Part shown: one piece after another, positions 1-13,800 of the stretch
Layout of the letters: every line of letters begins with the position of its first letter
Position numbering within the stretch: position 1 is the stretch's first letter
Source of the DNA: Auanema rhodensis
Taxonomy: Eukaryota; Animalia; Nematoda
Direction of reading: 5' to 3'
DNA: 64,000 nt
Assembly (NCBI GenBank): GCA_964057225.1
Contig: OZ059900.1
Span: 22,568,001-22,632,000 of the forward strand
Program-made: the position numbers and the translations under genes
Notes under the pieces: model-generated
Database searches by the model: none
What the model saw: only the letters and a program-made list of their open reading frames with translations
Told to the model about the DNA's origin: nothing

Positions 1-342
1 CCTAGCTCAAAATTGTTATTACAACGTCTAGTTCCACTTTCACGACAAAAAAACAGGGGTTAGAAAATTAAGGAAATTAGCATATTCTGAGGGCACGCCT
101 CTTATGGCTAATATTGATTAAATCGATTTTTGTTCATATGAGTCGTCAAATGCAACGAATTTCAGCGTGTTACATACTAAAATGAAGCATTTCACATGCT
201 GAACACTAGAAAAATACAAAAACACAGTATTTCCCATAAGAAATATTTTATTATGCTGGAAAACCAGTTTTTGGAAAGTTCGCTGTAAACAAGGTTTTGA
301 CTTACGATTTCATGTGTTCAAACTCATGCAATGTCAATGAAA
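1..342 (+). repeat. Representative monomer (342 bp, ~34% GC, many A/T tracts, short dyads)
   Basis: The unit is defined by the recurrence at 343. The consensus has 116 G+C in 342 nt by hand count. Palindromes AAATCGATTT (120-129), TCATATGA (134-141) and AAATATTT (241-248) are present. Confidence 0.97.
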
Positions 343-3300
343 CCTAGCTCAAAATTGTTCCTACAACGTCTAGTTCCACTTTCACGACAACAAAACAGGG
401 GTTAGAAAATTAAGGAAATTAGCATATTCTGAGGGCACGCCCTTTATGGCTAATATTGATTAAATCGATTTTTGTTCATATGAGTCGTCAAATGCAACGA
501 ATTTCAGCGTGTTACATACTAAAATGAAACATTTTACATGCTGAACACTATAAAAATACAAAAACACAGTATTTCCCATGAGAAATATTTTATTATGCTG
601 GAAAACCAGTTTTTGGAAATTTCGCTGTAAACAAGGTTTTGACTTACGATTTCATGTGTTCAAACTCATGCAATGTCAATGAAACCTAGCTCAAAATTGT
701 TCGTACAACGTCTAGTTCCACTTTCACGACAAAAAAACAGGGGTTAGAAAATTTAGGAAATTAGCATATTCTGAGGGCACGCCCCTTATGGCTAATATTG
801 ATTAAATCGATTTTTGTTCATATGAGTCGTCAAATGCAACGAATTTCAGCGTGTTACATACTAAAATGAAGTATTTTGCATGCTGAACACTAGAAAAATA
901 CAAAAACACAGTATTTCCCATGAGAAATATTTTATTATGCTGGAAAACCAGTTTTTGGAAATTTCGCTGTAAACAAGGTTTTGACTTACGATTTCATGTG
1001 TTCAAACTCATGCAATGTCAATGAAACCTAGCTAAAAATTGTTCCTACAACGTCTAGTTCCACTTTCACGACAAAAAACAGGGGTTAGAAATTTAAGGAA
1101 ATTAGCATAATCTGAGGGCACGCCCCTTATGGCTAATATTGATTAAATCGATTTTTGTTCATATGAGTCGTCAAATGCAACGAATTTCAGCGTGTCACAT
1201 ACTTAAATGAAGCATTTTACATGCTGAACACTAGAAAAATACAAAAACACAGTATTTCCCATGAGAAATATTTTATTATGCTGGAAAACCACTTTTTGGA
1301 AATTTCGCTGTAAACAAGGTTTTGACTTACGATTTCATGTGTTCAAACTCATGCAATGTCAATGAAACCTAGCTCAAAACTGTTCCTACAACGTCTAGTT
1401 CCACTTTCACGACAAAAAAACAGGGGTTAGAAAATTAAGGAAATTAGCATATTCTGAGGGCACGACCCTTATGGCTAATATTGATTAAATCGATTTTTGT
1501 TCATATGAGTCGTCAAATGCAACGAATTTCAGCGTGTTACATACTAAAATGAAGCATTTTACATGCTGAACACTAAAAAAATACAAAAACACAGTATTTC
1601 CCATGAGAAATATTTTATTATGCTGGAAAACGAGTTTTTGGAAATTTCGCTGTAAACAAGGTTTTGACTTACGATTTCATGTGTTCAAACTCATGCAATG
1701 TCAATGAAACCTAGCTCAAAACTGTTCGTACAACGTCTAGTTCCACTTTCACGACAAAAAAACAGGGGTTAGAAAATTTAGGAAATTAGCATATTCTGAG
1801 GGCACGCCCCTTATGGCTAATATTGATTAAATCGATTTTTGTTCATATGAGTCGTCAAATGCAACGAATTTCAGCGTGTTACATACTAAAATGAAACATT
1901 TTACATGCTGAACACTAGAAAAATACAAAAACACAGTTTTTCCCATGAGAAATATTTTATTATGCTGGAAAACCAGTTTTTGGAAATTTCGCTGTAAACA
2001 AGGTTTTGACTTACGATTTCATGTGTTCAAACTCATGCAATGTCAATGAAACCTAGCTCAAAACTGTTCGTACAACGTCTGGTTCCACTTTCACGACAAA
2101 AAAACAGGGGTTAGAAAATTTAGGAAATTAGCATATTCTGAGGGCACGCCCCTTATGGCTAATATTGATTAAATCGATTTTTGTTCATATGAGTCGTCAA
2201 ATGCAACGAATTTCAGCGTGTTACATACTAAAATGAAGTATTTTACATGCTGAACACTAGAAAAATACAAAAACACAGTATTTCCCATAAGAAATATTTT
2301 ATTATGCTGGAAAACCAGTTTTTGGAAATTTCGCTGTAAACAAGGTTTTGACTTACGATTTCATGTGTTCAAACTCATGCAATGTCAATGAAACCTAGCT
2401 CAAAATTGTTCCTACAACGTCTAGTTCCACTTTCACGACAACAAAACAGGGGTTAGAAAATTAAGGAAATTAGCATATTCTGAGGGCACGCCCCTTATGG
2501 CTAATATTGATTAAATCGATGTTTGTTCATATGAGTCGTCAAATGCAACGAATTTCAGCGTGTTACATACTAAAATGAAGTATTTTACATGCTGAACACT
2601 AGAAAAATACAAAAACACAGTATTTCCCATGAGAAATATTTTATTATGCTGGAAAACCAGTTTTTGGAAATTTCGCTGTAAACAAGGTTTTGACTTACGA
2701 TTTCATGTGTTCAAACTCATGCAATGTCAATGAAACCTAGCTCAAAATTGTTTGTACAACGTCTAGTTCCACTTTCACGACAAAAAAACAGGGGTTAGAA
2801 AATTAAGGAAATTAGCATATTCTGAGGGCACGCCCCTTATGGCTAATATTGATTAAATCGATTTTTGTTCATATGAGTAGTCAAATGCAACGAATTTCAG
2901 CGTGTTACATACTTAAATGAAGCATTTTACATGCTGAACACTAGAAAAATACAAAAACACAGTATTTCCCATGAGAAATATTTTATTATACTGGAAACCA
3001 GTTTTTGGAATTTTCGCTGTAAACAAGGTTTTGACTTACAATTTCATGTGTTCAAACTCATGCAATGTCAATGAAACCTAGCTCAAAATTGTTCGTACAA
3101 CGTCTAGTTCCACTTTCACGACAAAAAAACAGGGGTTAGAAAATTAAGGAAATTAGCATATTCTGAGGGCACGCCCCTTATGGCTAATATTGATTAAATC
3201 GATTTTTGTTCATATGAGTCGTCAAATGCAACGAATTTCAGCGTGTTACATACTAAAATGAAGCATTTTACATGCTGAACACTAGAAAAATACAAAAACA

Positions 3301-5468
3301 CAGTATTTCCCATGAGAAATATTTTATTATGCTGGAAAACCAGTTTTTGGAAATTTCGCTGTAAACAAGGTTTTGACTTACGATTTCATGTGTTCAAACT
3401 CATGCAATGTCAATGAAACCTAGCTCAAAATTGTTCGTACAACGTCTAGTTCCACTTTCACGACAAAAAAACAGGGGTTAGAAAATTTAGGAAATTAGCA
3501 TATTCTGAGGGCACGCCCCTTATGGCTAATATTGATTAAATCGATTTTTGTTCATATGAGTCGTCAAATGCAACGAATTTCAGCGTGTTACATACTAAAA
3601 TGAAGTATTTTGCATGCTGAACACTAGAAAAATACAAAAACACAGTATTTCCCATGAGAAATATTTTATTATGCTGGAAAACCAGTTTTTGGAAATTTCG
3701 CTGTAAACAAGGTTTTGACTTACGATTTCATGTGTTCAAACTCATGCAATGTCAATGAAACCTAGCTAAAAATTGTTCCTACAACGTCTAGTTCCACTTT
3801 CACGACAAAAAACAGGGGTTAGAAAATTAAGGAAATTAGCATAATCTGAGGGCACGCCCCTTATGGCTAATATTGATTAAATCGATTTTTGTTCATATGA
3901 GTCGTCAAATGCAACGAATTTCAGCGTGTCACATACTAAAATGAAGCATTTTACATGCTGAACACTAGAAAAATACAAAAACACAGTATTTCCCATGAGA
4001 AATATTTTATTATGCTGGAAAACCACTTTTTGGAAATTTCGCTGTAAACAAGGTTTTGACTTACGATTTCATGTGTTCAAACTCATGCAATGTCAATGAA
4101 ACCTAGCTCAAAACTGTTCCTACAACGTCTAGTTCCACTTTCACGACAAAAAAACAGGGGTTAGAAAATTAAGGAAATTAGCATATTCTGAGGGCACGAC
4201 CCTTATGGCTAATATTGATTAAATCGATTTTTGTTCATATGAGTCGTCAAATGCAACGAATTTCAGCGTGTTACATACTAAAATGAAGCATTTTACATGC
4301 TGAACACCATAAAAATACAAAAACACAGTATTTCCCATGAGAAATATTTTATTATGCTGGAAAACCAGTTTTTGGAAGTTTCGCTGTAAACAAGGTTTTG
4401 ACTTACGATTTCATGTGTTCAAACTCATGCAATGTCAATGAAACCTAGCTCAAAATTGTTCCTACAACGTCTAATTCCACTTTCACGACAAAAAAACAGG
4501 GGTTAGAAAATTAAGGAAATTAGCATATTCTGAGGGCACGCCCCTTATGGCTAATATTGATTAAATCGATTTTTGTTCATATGAGTCGTCAAATGCAACG
4601 AATTTCAGCGTGTTATATACTAAAATGAAGCATTTTACATGCTGAACACTATAAAAATACAAAAACACAGTATTTCCCATGAGAAATATTTTATTATGCT
4701 GGAAAACCAGTTTTTGGAAATTTCGCGGTAAACAAGGTTTTGACTTACGATTTCATGTGTTCAAACTCATGCAATGTCAATGAAACCTAGCTCAAAATTG
4801 TTCCTACAACGTCTAGTTCCACTTTCACGACAAAAAACAGGGGTTAGAAAATTAAGGAAATTAGCATATTCTGAGGGCACGCCCCTTATGGCTAATATTG
4901 ATTAAATCGATTTTTGTTCATATGAGTCGTCAAATGCAACGAATTTCAGCGTGTTACATACTAAAATGAAGCATTTTACATGCTGAACACTAGAAAACTA
5001 CAAAAACACAGTATTTCCCATGAGAAATATTTTATTATGCTGGAAAACCAGTTTTTGGAAATTTCGCTGTAAACAAGGTTTTGACTTACGATTTCATGTG
5101 TTCAAACTCATGCAATGTCAATGAAACCTAGCTCAAAATTGTTCCTACAACGTCTAGTTCCACTTTCACGACAACAAAACAGGGGTTAGAAAATTAAGGA
5201 AATTAGCATATTCTGAGGGCACGCCCCTTATGGCTAATATTGATTAAATCGATTTTTGTTCATATGAGTCGTCAAATGCAACGAATTTCAGCGTGTTACA
5301 TACTAAAATGAAGCATTTCACATGCTGAACACTAGAAAAATACAAAAACACAGTATTTCCCATAAGAAATATTTTATTATGCTGGAAAACCAGTTTTTGG
5401 AAAGTTCGCTGTAAACAAGGTTTTGACTTACGATTTCATGTGTTCAAACTCATGCAATGTCAATGAAA

Positions 5469-7862
5469 CCTAGCTCAAAATTGTTCCTACAACGTCTAGT
5501 TCCACTTTCACGACAACAAAACAGGGGTTAGAAAATTAAGGAAATTAGCATATTCTGAGGGCACGCCCTTTATGGCTAATATTGATTAAATCGATTTTTG
5601 TTCATATGAGTCGTCAAATGCAACGAATTTCAGCGTGTTACATACTAAAATGAAACATTTTACATGCTGAACACTATAAAAATACAAAAACACAGTATTT
5701 CCCATGAGAAATATTTTATTATGCTGGAAAACCAGTTTTTGGAAATTTCGCTGTAAACAAGGTTTTGACTTACGATTTCATGTGTTCAAACTCATGCAAT
5801 GTCAATGAAACCTAGCTCAAAATTGTTCCTACAACGTCTAGTTCCACTTTCACGACAAAAAAACAGGGGTTAGAAAATTAAGGAAATTAGCATATTCTGA
5901 GGGCACGCCCCTTATGGCTAATATTGATTAAATCGATTTTTGTTCATATGAGTCGTCAAATGAAACGAATTTCAGCGTGTTACATACTAAAATGAAGCAT
6001 TTTACATGCTGAACACTAGAAAAATACAAAAACACAGTATTTCCCATGAGAAATATTTTATTATGCTGGAAAACCAGTTTTTGGAAATTTCGCTGTAAAC
6101 ATGGTTTTGACTTACGATTTCATGTGTTCAAACTCATGCAATGTCAATGAAACCTAGCTCAAAATTGTTCCTACAACGTCTAGTTCCACTTTCACGACAA
6201 CAAAACAGGGGTTAGAAAATTAAGGAAATTAGCATATTCTGAGGGCACGCCCCTTATGGCTAATATTGATTAAATCGATTTTTGTTCATATGAGTCGTCA
6301 AATGCAACGAATTTCAGCGTGTTACATACTAAAATGAAGCATTTCACATGCTGAAAACTAGAAAAATACAAAAACACAGTATTTCCCATGAGAAATATTT
6401 TATTATGCTGGAAAACCAGTTTTTGGAAATTTCGCTGTAAACAAGGTTTTGACTTACGATTTCATGTGTTCAAACTCATGCAATGTCAATGAAACCTAGC
6501 TCAAAATTGTTATTACAACGTCTAGTTCCACTTTCACGACAAAAAAACAGGGGTTAGAAAATTAAGGAAATTAGCATATTCTGAGGGCACGCCTCTTATG
6601 GCTAATATTGATTAAATCGATTTTTGTTCATATGAGTCGTCAAATGCAACGAATTTCAGCGTGTTACATACTAAAATGAAGCATTTCACATGCTGAACAC
6701 TAGAAAAATACAAAAACACAGTATTTCCCATAAGAAATATTTTATTATGCTGGAAAACCAGTTTTTGGAAAGTTCGCTGTAAACAAGGTTTTGACTTACG
6801 ATTTCATGTGTTCAAACTCATGCAATGTCAATGAAACCTAGCTCAAAATTGTTCCTACAACGTCTAGTTCCACTTTCACGACAACAAAACAGGGGTTAGA
6901 AAATTAAGGAAATTAGCATATTCTGAGGGCACGCCCTTTATGGCTAATATTGATTAAATCGATTTTTGTTCATATGAGTCGTCAAATGCAACGAATTTCA
7001 GCGTGTTACATACTAAAATGAAACATTTTACATGCTGAACACTATAAAAATACAAAAACACAGTATTTCCCATGAGAAATATTTTATTATGCTGGAAAAC
7101 CAGTTTTTGGAAATTTCGCTGTAAACAAGGTTTTGACTTACGATTTCATGTGTTCAAACTCATGCAATGTCAATGAAACCTAGCTCAAAATTGTTCCTAC
7201 AACGTCTAGTTCCACTTTCACGACAAAAAAACAGGGGTTAGAAAATTAAGGAAATTAGCATATTCTGAGGGCACGCCCCTTATGGCTAATATTGATTAAA
7301 TCGATTTTTGTTCATATGAGTCGTCAAATGAAACGAATTTCAGCGTGTTACATACTAAAATGAAGCATTTTACATGCTGAACACTAGAAAAATACAAAAA
7401 CACAGTATTTCCCATGAGAAATATTTTATTATGCTGGAAAACCAGTTTTTGGAAATTTCGCTGTAAACATGGTTTTGACTTACGATTTCATGTGTTCAAA
7501 CTCATGCAATGTCAATGAAACCTAGCTCAAAATTGTTCCTACAACGTCTAGTTCCACTTTCACGACAACAAAACAGGGGTTAGAAAATTAAGGAAATTAG
7601 CATATTCTGAGGGCACGCCCCTTATGGCTAATATTGATTAAATCGATTTTTGTTCATATGAGTCGTCAAATGCAACGAATTTCAGCGTGTTACATACTAA
7701 AATGAAGCATTTCACATGCTGAACACTAGAAAAATACAAAAACACAGTATTTCCCATGAGAAATATTTTATTATGCTGGAAAACCAGTTTTTGGAAATTT
7801 CGCTGTAAACAAGGTTTTGACTTACGATTTCATGTGTTCAAACTCATGCAATGTCAATGAAA
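5469..7862 (+). repeat. Local 4-mer duplication (period 1368 bp)
   Basis: The rare variant GTAAACATGG occurs in monomers starting 5811 and 7179. The GCCCTTT/AAACAT/TATA monomer occurs at 5469 and 6837. CATAAG plus AAAGTTC occurs in monomers at 5127 and 6495. Confidence 0.8.
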
Positions 7863-10800
7863 CCTAGCTCAAAATTGTTATTACAACGTCTAGTTCCACT
7901 TTCACGACAAAAAAACAGGGGTTAGAAAATTAAGGAAATTAGCATATTCTGAGGGCACGCCTCTTATGGCTAATATTGATTAAATCGATTTTTGTTCATA
8001 TGAGTCGTCAAATGCAACGAATTTCAGCGTGTTACATACTAAAATGAAACATTTTACATGCTGAACACTATAAAAATACAAAAACACAGTATTTCCCATG
8101 AGAAATATTTTATTATGCTGGAAAACCAGTTTTTGGAAATTTCGCTGTAAACAAGGTTTTGACTTACGATTTCATGTGTTCAAACTCATGCAATGTCAAT
8201 GAAACCTAGCTCAAACTTGTTCCTACAACGTCTAGTTCCACTTTCACGACAAAAAAACAGGGGTTAGAAAATTAAGGAAATTAGCATATTCTGAGGGCAC
8301 GCCCCTTATGGCTAATATTGATTAAATCGATTTTTGTTCATATGAGTCGTCAAATGAAACGAATTTCAGCGTGTTACATACTAAAATGAAGCATTTTACA
8401 TGCTGAACACTAGAAAAATACAAAAACACAGTATTTCCCATGAGAAATATTTTATTATGCTGGAAAACCAGTTTTTGGAAATTTCGCTGTAAACAAGGTT
8501 TTGACTTACGATTTCATGTGTTCAAACTCATGCAATGTCAATGAAACCTAGCTCAAAATTGTTATTACAACGTCTAGTTTCACTTTCACGACAAAAAAAC
8601 AGGGGTTAGAAAATTAAGGAAATTAGCATATTCTGAGGGCACGCCTCTTATGGCTAATATTGATTAAATCGATTTTTGTTCATATGAGTCGTCAAATGCA
8701 ACGAATTTCAGCGTGTTACATACTAAAATGAAACATTTTACATGCTGAACACTATAAAAATACAAAAACACAGTATTTCCCATGAGAAATATTTTATTAT
8801 GCTGGAAAACCAGTTTTTGGAAATTTCGCTGTAAACAAGGTTTTGACTTACGATTTCATGTGTTCAAACTCATGCAATGTCAATGAAACCTAGCTCAAAA
8901 TTGTTCCTACAACGTCTAGTTCCACTTTCACGACAAAAAAACAGGGGTTAGAAAATTAAGGAAATTAGCATATTCTGAGGGCACGCCCCTTATGGCTAAT
9001 ATTGATTAAATCGATTTTTGTTCATATGAGTCGTCAAATGAAACGAATTTCAGCGTGTTACATACTAAAATGAAGCATTTTACATGCTGAACACTAGAAA
9101 AATACAAAAACACAGTATTTCCCATGAGAAATATTTTATTATGCTGGAAAACCAGTTTTTGGAAATTTCGCTGTAAACAAGGTTTTGACTTACGATTTCA
9201 TGTGTTCAAACTCATGCAATGTCAATGAAACCTAGCTCAAAATTGTTCCTACAACGTCTAGTTCCACTTTCACGACAACAAAACAGGGGTTAGAAAATTA
9301 AGGAAATTAGCATATTCTGAGGGCACGCCCCTTATGGCTAATATTGATTAAATCGATTTTTGTTCATATGAGTCGTCAAATGCAACGAATTTCAGCGTGT
9401 TACATACTAAAATGAAGCATTTCACATGCTGAACACTAGAAAAATACAAAAACACAGTATTTCCCATGAGAAATATTTTATTATGCTGGAAAACCAGTTT
9501 TTGGAAATTTCGCTGTAAACAAGGTTTTGACTTACGATTTCATGTGTTCAAACTCATGCAATGTCAATGAAACCTAGCTCAAAATTGTTCCTACAACGTC
9601 TAGTTCCACTTTCACGACAACAAAACAGGGGTTAGAAAATTAAGGAAATTAGCATATTCTGAGGGCACGCCCCTTATGGCTAATATTGATTAAATCGATT
9701 TTTGTTCATATGAGTCGTCAAATGCAACGAATTTCAGCGTGTTACATACTAAAATGAAGCATTTCACATGCTGAACACTAGAAAAATACAAAAACACAGT
9801 ATTTCCCATGAGAAATATTTTATTATGCTGGAAAACCAGTTTTTGGAAATTTCGCTGTAAACAAGGTTTTGACTTACGATTTCATGTGTTCAAACTCATG
9901 CAATGTCAATGAAACCTAGCTCAAAATTGTTATTACAACGTCTAGTTCCACTTTCACGACAAAAAAACAGGGGTTAGAAAATTAAGGAAATTAGCATATT
10001 CTGAGGGCACGCCTCTTATGGCTAATATTGATTAAATCGATTTTTGTTCATATGAGTCGTCAAATGCAACGAATTTCAGCGTGTTACATACTAAAATGAA
10101 ACATTTTACATGCTGAACACTATAAAAATACAAAAACACAGTATTTCCCATGAGAAATATTTTATTATGCTGGAAAACCAGTTTTTGGAAATTTCGCTGT
10201 AAACAAGGTTTTGACTTACGATTTCATGTGTTCAAACTCATGCAATGTCAATGAAACCTAGCTCAAAATTGTTCCTACAACGTCTAGTTCCACTTTCACG
10301 ACAAAAAAACAGGGGTTAGAAAATTAAGGAAATTAGCATATTCTGAGGGCACGCCCCTTATGGCTAATATTGATTAAATCGATTTTTGTTCATATGAGTC
10401 GTCAAATGAAACGAATTTCAGCGTGTTACATACTAAAATGAAGCATTTTACATGCTGAACACTAGAAAAATACAAAAACACAGTATTTCCCATGAGAAAT
10501 ATTTTATTATGCTGGAAAACCAGTTTTTGGAAATTTCGCTGTAAACAAGGTTTTGACTTACGATTTCATGTGTTCAAACTCATGCAATGTCAATGAAACC
10601 TAGCTCAAAATTGTTATTACAACGTCTAGTTTCACTTTCACGACAAAAAAACAGGGGTTAGAAAATTAAGGAAATTAGCATATTCTGAGGGCACGCCTCT
10701 TATGGCTAATATTGATTAAATCGATTTTTGTTCATATGAGTCGTCAAATGCAACGAATTTCAGCGTGTTACATACTAAAATGAAACATTTTACATGCTGA

Positions 10801-13800
10801 ACACTATAAAAATACAAAAACACAGTATTTCCCATGAGAAATATTTTATTATGCTGGAAAACCAGTTTTTGGAAATTTCGCTGTAAACAAGGTTTTGACT
10901 TACGATTTCATGTGTTCAAACTCATGCAATGTCAATGAAACCTAGCTCAAAATTGTTCCTACAACGTCTAGTTCCACTTTCACGACAAAAAAACAGGGGT
11001 TAGAAAATTAAGGAAATTAGCATATTCTGAGGGCACGCCCCTTATGGCTAATATTGATTAAATCGATTTTTGTTCATATGAGTCGTCAAATGAAACGAAT
11101 TTCAGCGTGTTACATACTAAAATGAAGCATTTTACATGCTGAACACTAGAAAAATACAAAAACACAGTATTTCCCATGAGAAATATTTTATTATGCTGGA
11201 AAACCAGTTTTTGGAAATTTCGCTGTAAACAAGGTTTTGACTTACGATTTCATGTGTTCAAACTCATGCAATGTCAATGAAACCTAGCTCAAAATTGTTC
11301 CTACAACGTCTAGTTCCACTTTCACGACAAAAAAACAGGGGTTAGAAAATTAAGGAAATTAGCATATTCTGAGGGCACGCCCCTTATGGCTAATATTGAT
11401 TAAATCGATTTTTGTTCATATGAGTCGTCAAATGAAACGAATTTCAGCGTGTTACATACTAAAATGAAGCATTTTACATGCTGAACACTAGAAAAATACA
11501 AAAACACAGTATTTCCCATGAGAAATATTTTATTATGCTGGAAAACCAGTTTTTGGAAATTTCGCTGTAAACAAGGTTTTGACTTACGATTTCATGTGTT
11601 CAAACTCATGCAATGTCAATGAAACCTAGCTCAAAATTGTTCCTACAACGTCTAGTTCCACTTTCACGACAACAAAACAGGGGTTAGAAAATTAAGGAAA
11701 TTAGCATATTCTGAGGGCACGCCCCTTATGGCTAATATTGATTAAATCGATTTTTGTTCATATGAGTCGTCAAATGCAACGAATTTCAGCGTGTTACATA
11801 CTAAAATGAAGCATTTCACATGCTGAACACTAGAAAAATACAAAAACACAGTATTTCCCATGAGAAATATTTTATTATGCTGGAAAACCAGTTTTTGGAA
11901 ATTTCGCTGTAAACAAGGTTTTGACTTACGATTTCATGTGTTCAAACTCATGCAATGTCAATGAAACCTAGCTCAAAATTGTTCCTACAACGTCTAGTTC
12001 CACTTTCACGACAACAAAACAGGGGTTAGAAAATTAAGGAAATTAGCATATTCTGAGGGCACGCCCCTTATGGCTAATATTGATTAAATCGATTTTTGTT
12101 CATATGAGTCGTCAAATGCAACGAATTTCAGCGTGTTACATACTAAAATGAAGCATTTCACATGCTGAACACTAGAAAAATACAAAAACACAGTATTTCC
12201 CATGAGAAATATTTTATTATGCTGGAAAACCAGTTTTTGGAAATTTCGCTGTAAACAAGGTTTTGACTTACGATTTCATGTGTTCAAACTCATGCAATGT
12301 CAATGAAACCTAGCTCAAAATTGTTATTACAACGTCTAGTTCCACTTTCACGACAAAAAAACAGGGGTTAGAAAATTAAGGAAATTAGCATATTCTGAGG
12401 GCACGCCTCTTATGGCTAATATTGATTAAATCGATTTTTGTTCATATGAGTCGTCAAATGCAACGAATTTCAGCGTGTTACATACTAAAATGAAACATTT
12501 TACATGCTGAACACTATAAAAATACAAAAACACAGTATTTCCCATGAGAAATATTTTATTATGCTGGAAAACCAGTTTTTGGAAATTTCGCTGTAAACAA
12601 GGTTTTGACTTACGATTTCATGTGTTCAAACTCATGCAATGTCAATGAAACCTAGCTCAAAATTGTTCCTACAACGTCTAGTTCCACTTTCACGACAAAA
12701 AAACAGGGGTTAGAAAATTAAGGAAATTAGCATATTCTGAGGGCACGCCCCTTATGGCTAATATTGATTAAATCGATTTTTGTTCATATGAGTCGTCAAA
12801 TGAAACGAATTTCAGCGTGTTACATACTAAAATGAAGCATTTTACATGCTGAACACTAGAAAAATACAAAAACACAGTATTTCCCATGAGAAATATTTTA
12901 TTATGCTGGAAAACCAGTTTTTGGAAATTTCGCTGTAAACAAGGTTTTGACTTACGATTTCATGTGTTCAAACTCATGCAATGTCAATGAAACCTAGCTC
13001 AAAATTGTTATTACAACGTCTAGTTTCACTTTCACGACAAAAAAACAGGGGTTAGAAAATTAAGGAAATTAGCATATTCTGAGGGCACGCCTCTTATGGC
13101 TAATATTGATTAAATCGATTTTTGTTCATATGAGTCGTCAAATGCAACGAATTTCAGCGTGTTACATACTAAAATGAAACATTTTACATGCTGAACACTA
13201 TAAAAATACAAAAACACAGTATTTCCCATGAGAAATATTTTATTATGCTGGAAAACCAGTTTTTGGAAATTTCGCTGTAAACAAGGTTTTGACTTACGAT
13301 TTCATGTGTTCAAACTCATGCAATGTCAATGAAACCTAGCTCAAAATTGTTCCTACAACGTCTAGTTCCACTTTCACGACAAAAAAACAGGGGTTAGAAA
13401 ATTAAGGAAATTAGCATATTCTGAGGGCACGCCCCTTATGGCTAATATTGATTAAATCGATTTTTGTTCATATGAGTCGTCAAATGAAACGAATTTCAGC
13501 GTGTTACATACTAAAATGAAGCATTTTACATGCTGAACACTAGAAAAATACAAAAACACAGTATTTCCCATGAGAAATATTTTATTATGCTGGAAAACCA
13601 GTTTTTGGAAATTTCGCTGTAAACAAGGTTTTGACTTACGATTTCATGTGTTCAAACTCATGCAATGTCAATGAAACCTAGCTCAAAATTGTTCCTACAA
13701 CGTCTAGTTCCACTTTCACGACAAAAAAACAGGGGTTAGAAAATTAAGGAAATTAGCATATTCTGAGGGCACGCCCCTTATGGCTAATATTGATTAAATC

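Noticed and set aside
56-63. Telomere-like GGGGTTAG or G-quadruplex
   Set aside because: It is a single short occurrence per monomer, with no tandem telomeric repeats and too few G-runs.
1-342. Primate alpha-satellite dimer (2 x 171 bp)
   Set aside because: Only the length agrees. I recognise no alphoid sequence, the two halves are not evidently homologous, and there is no complete CENP-B box.
1-342. Tandem 5S rRNA, tRNA or snRNA gene repeat
   Set aside because: I see no recognisable conserved RNA-gene sequence or cloverleaf. An Rfam search would be needed to exclude this formally.
1-342. Assignment to a named satellite family or species (for example ~340-bp beetle or plant centromeric satellites)
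   Set aside because: Monomer length and AT-richness are not diagnostic and I do not recognise the sequence. A database search is required.
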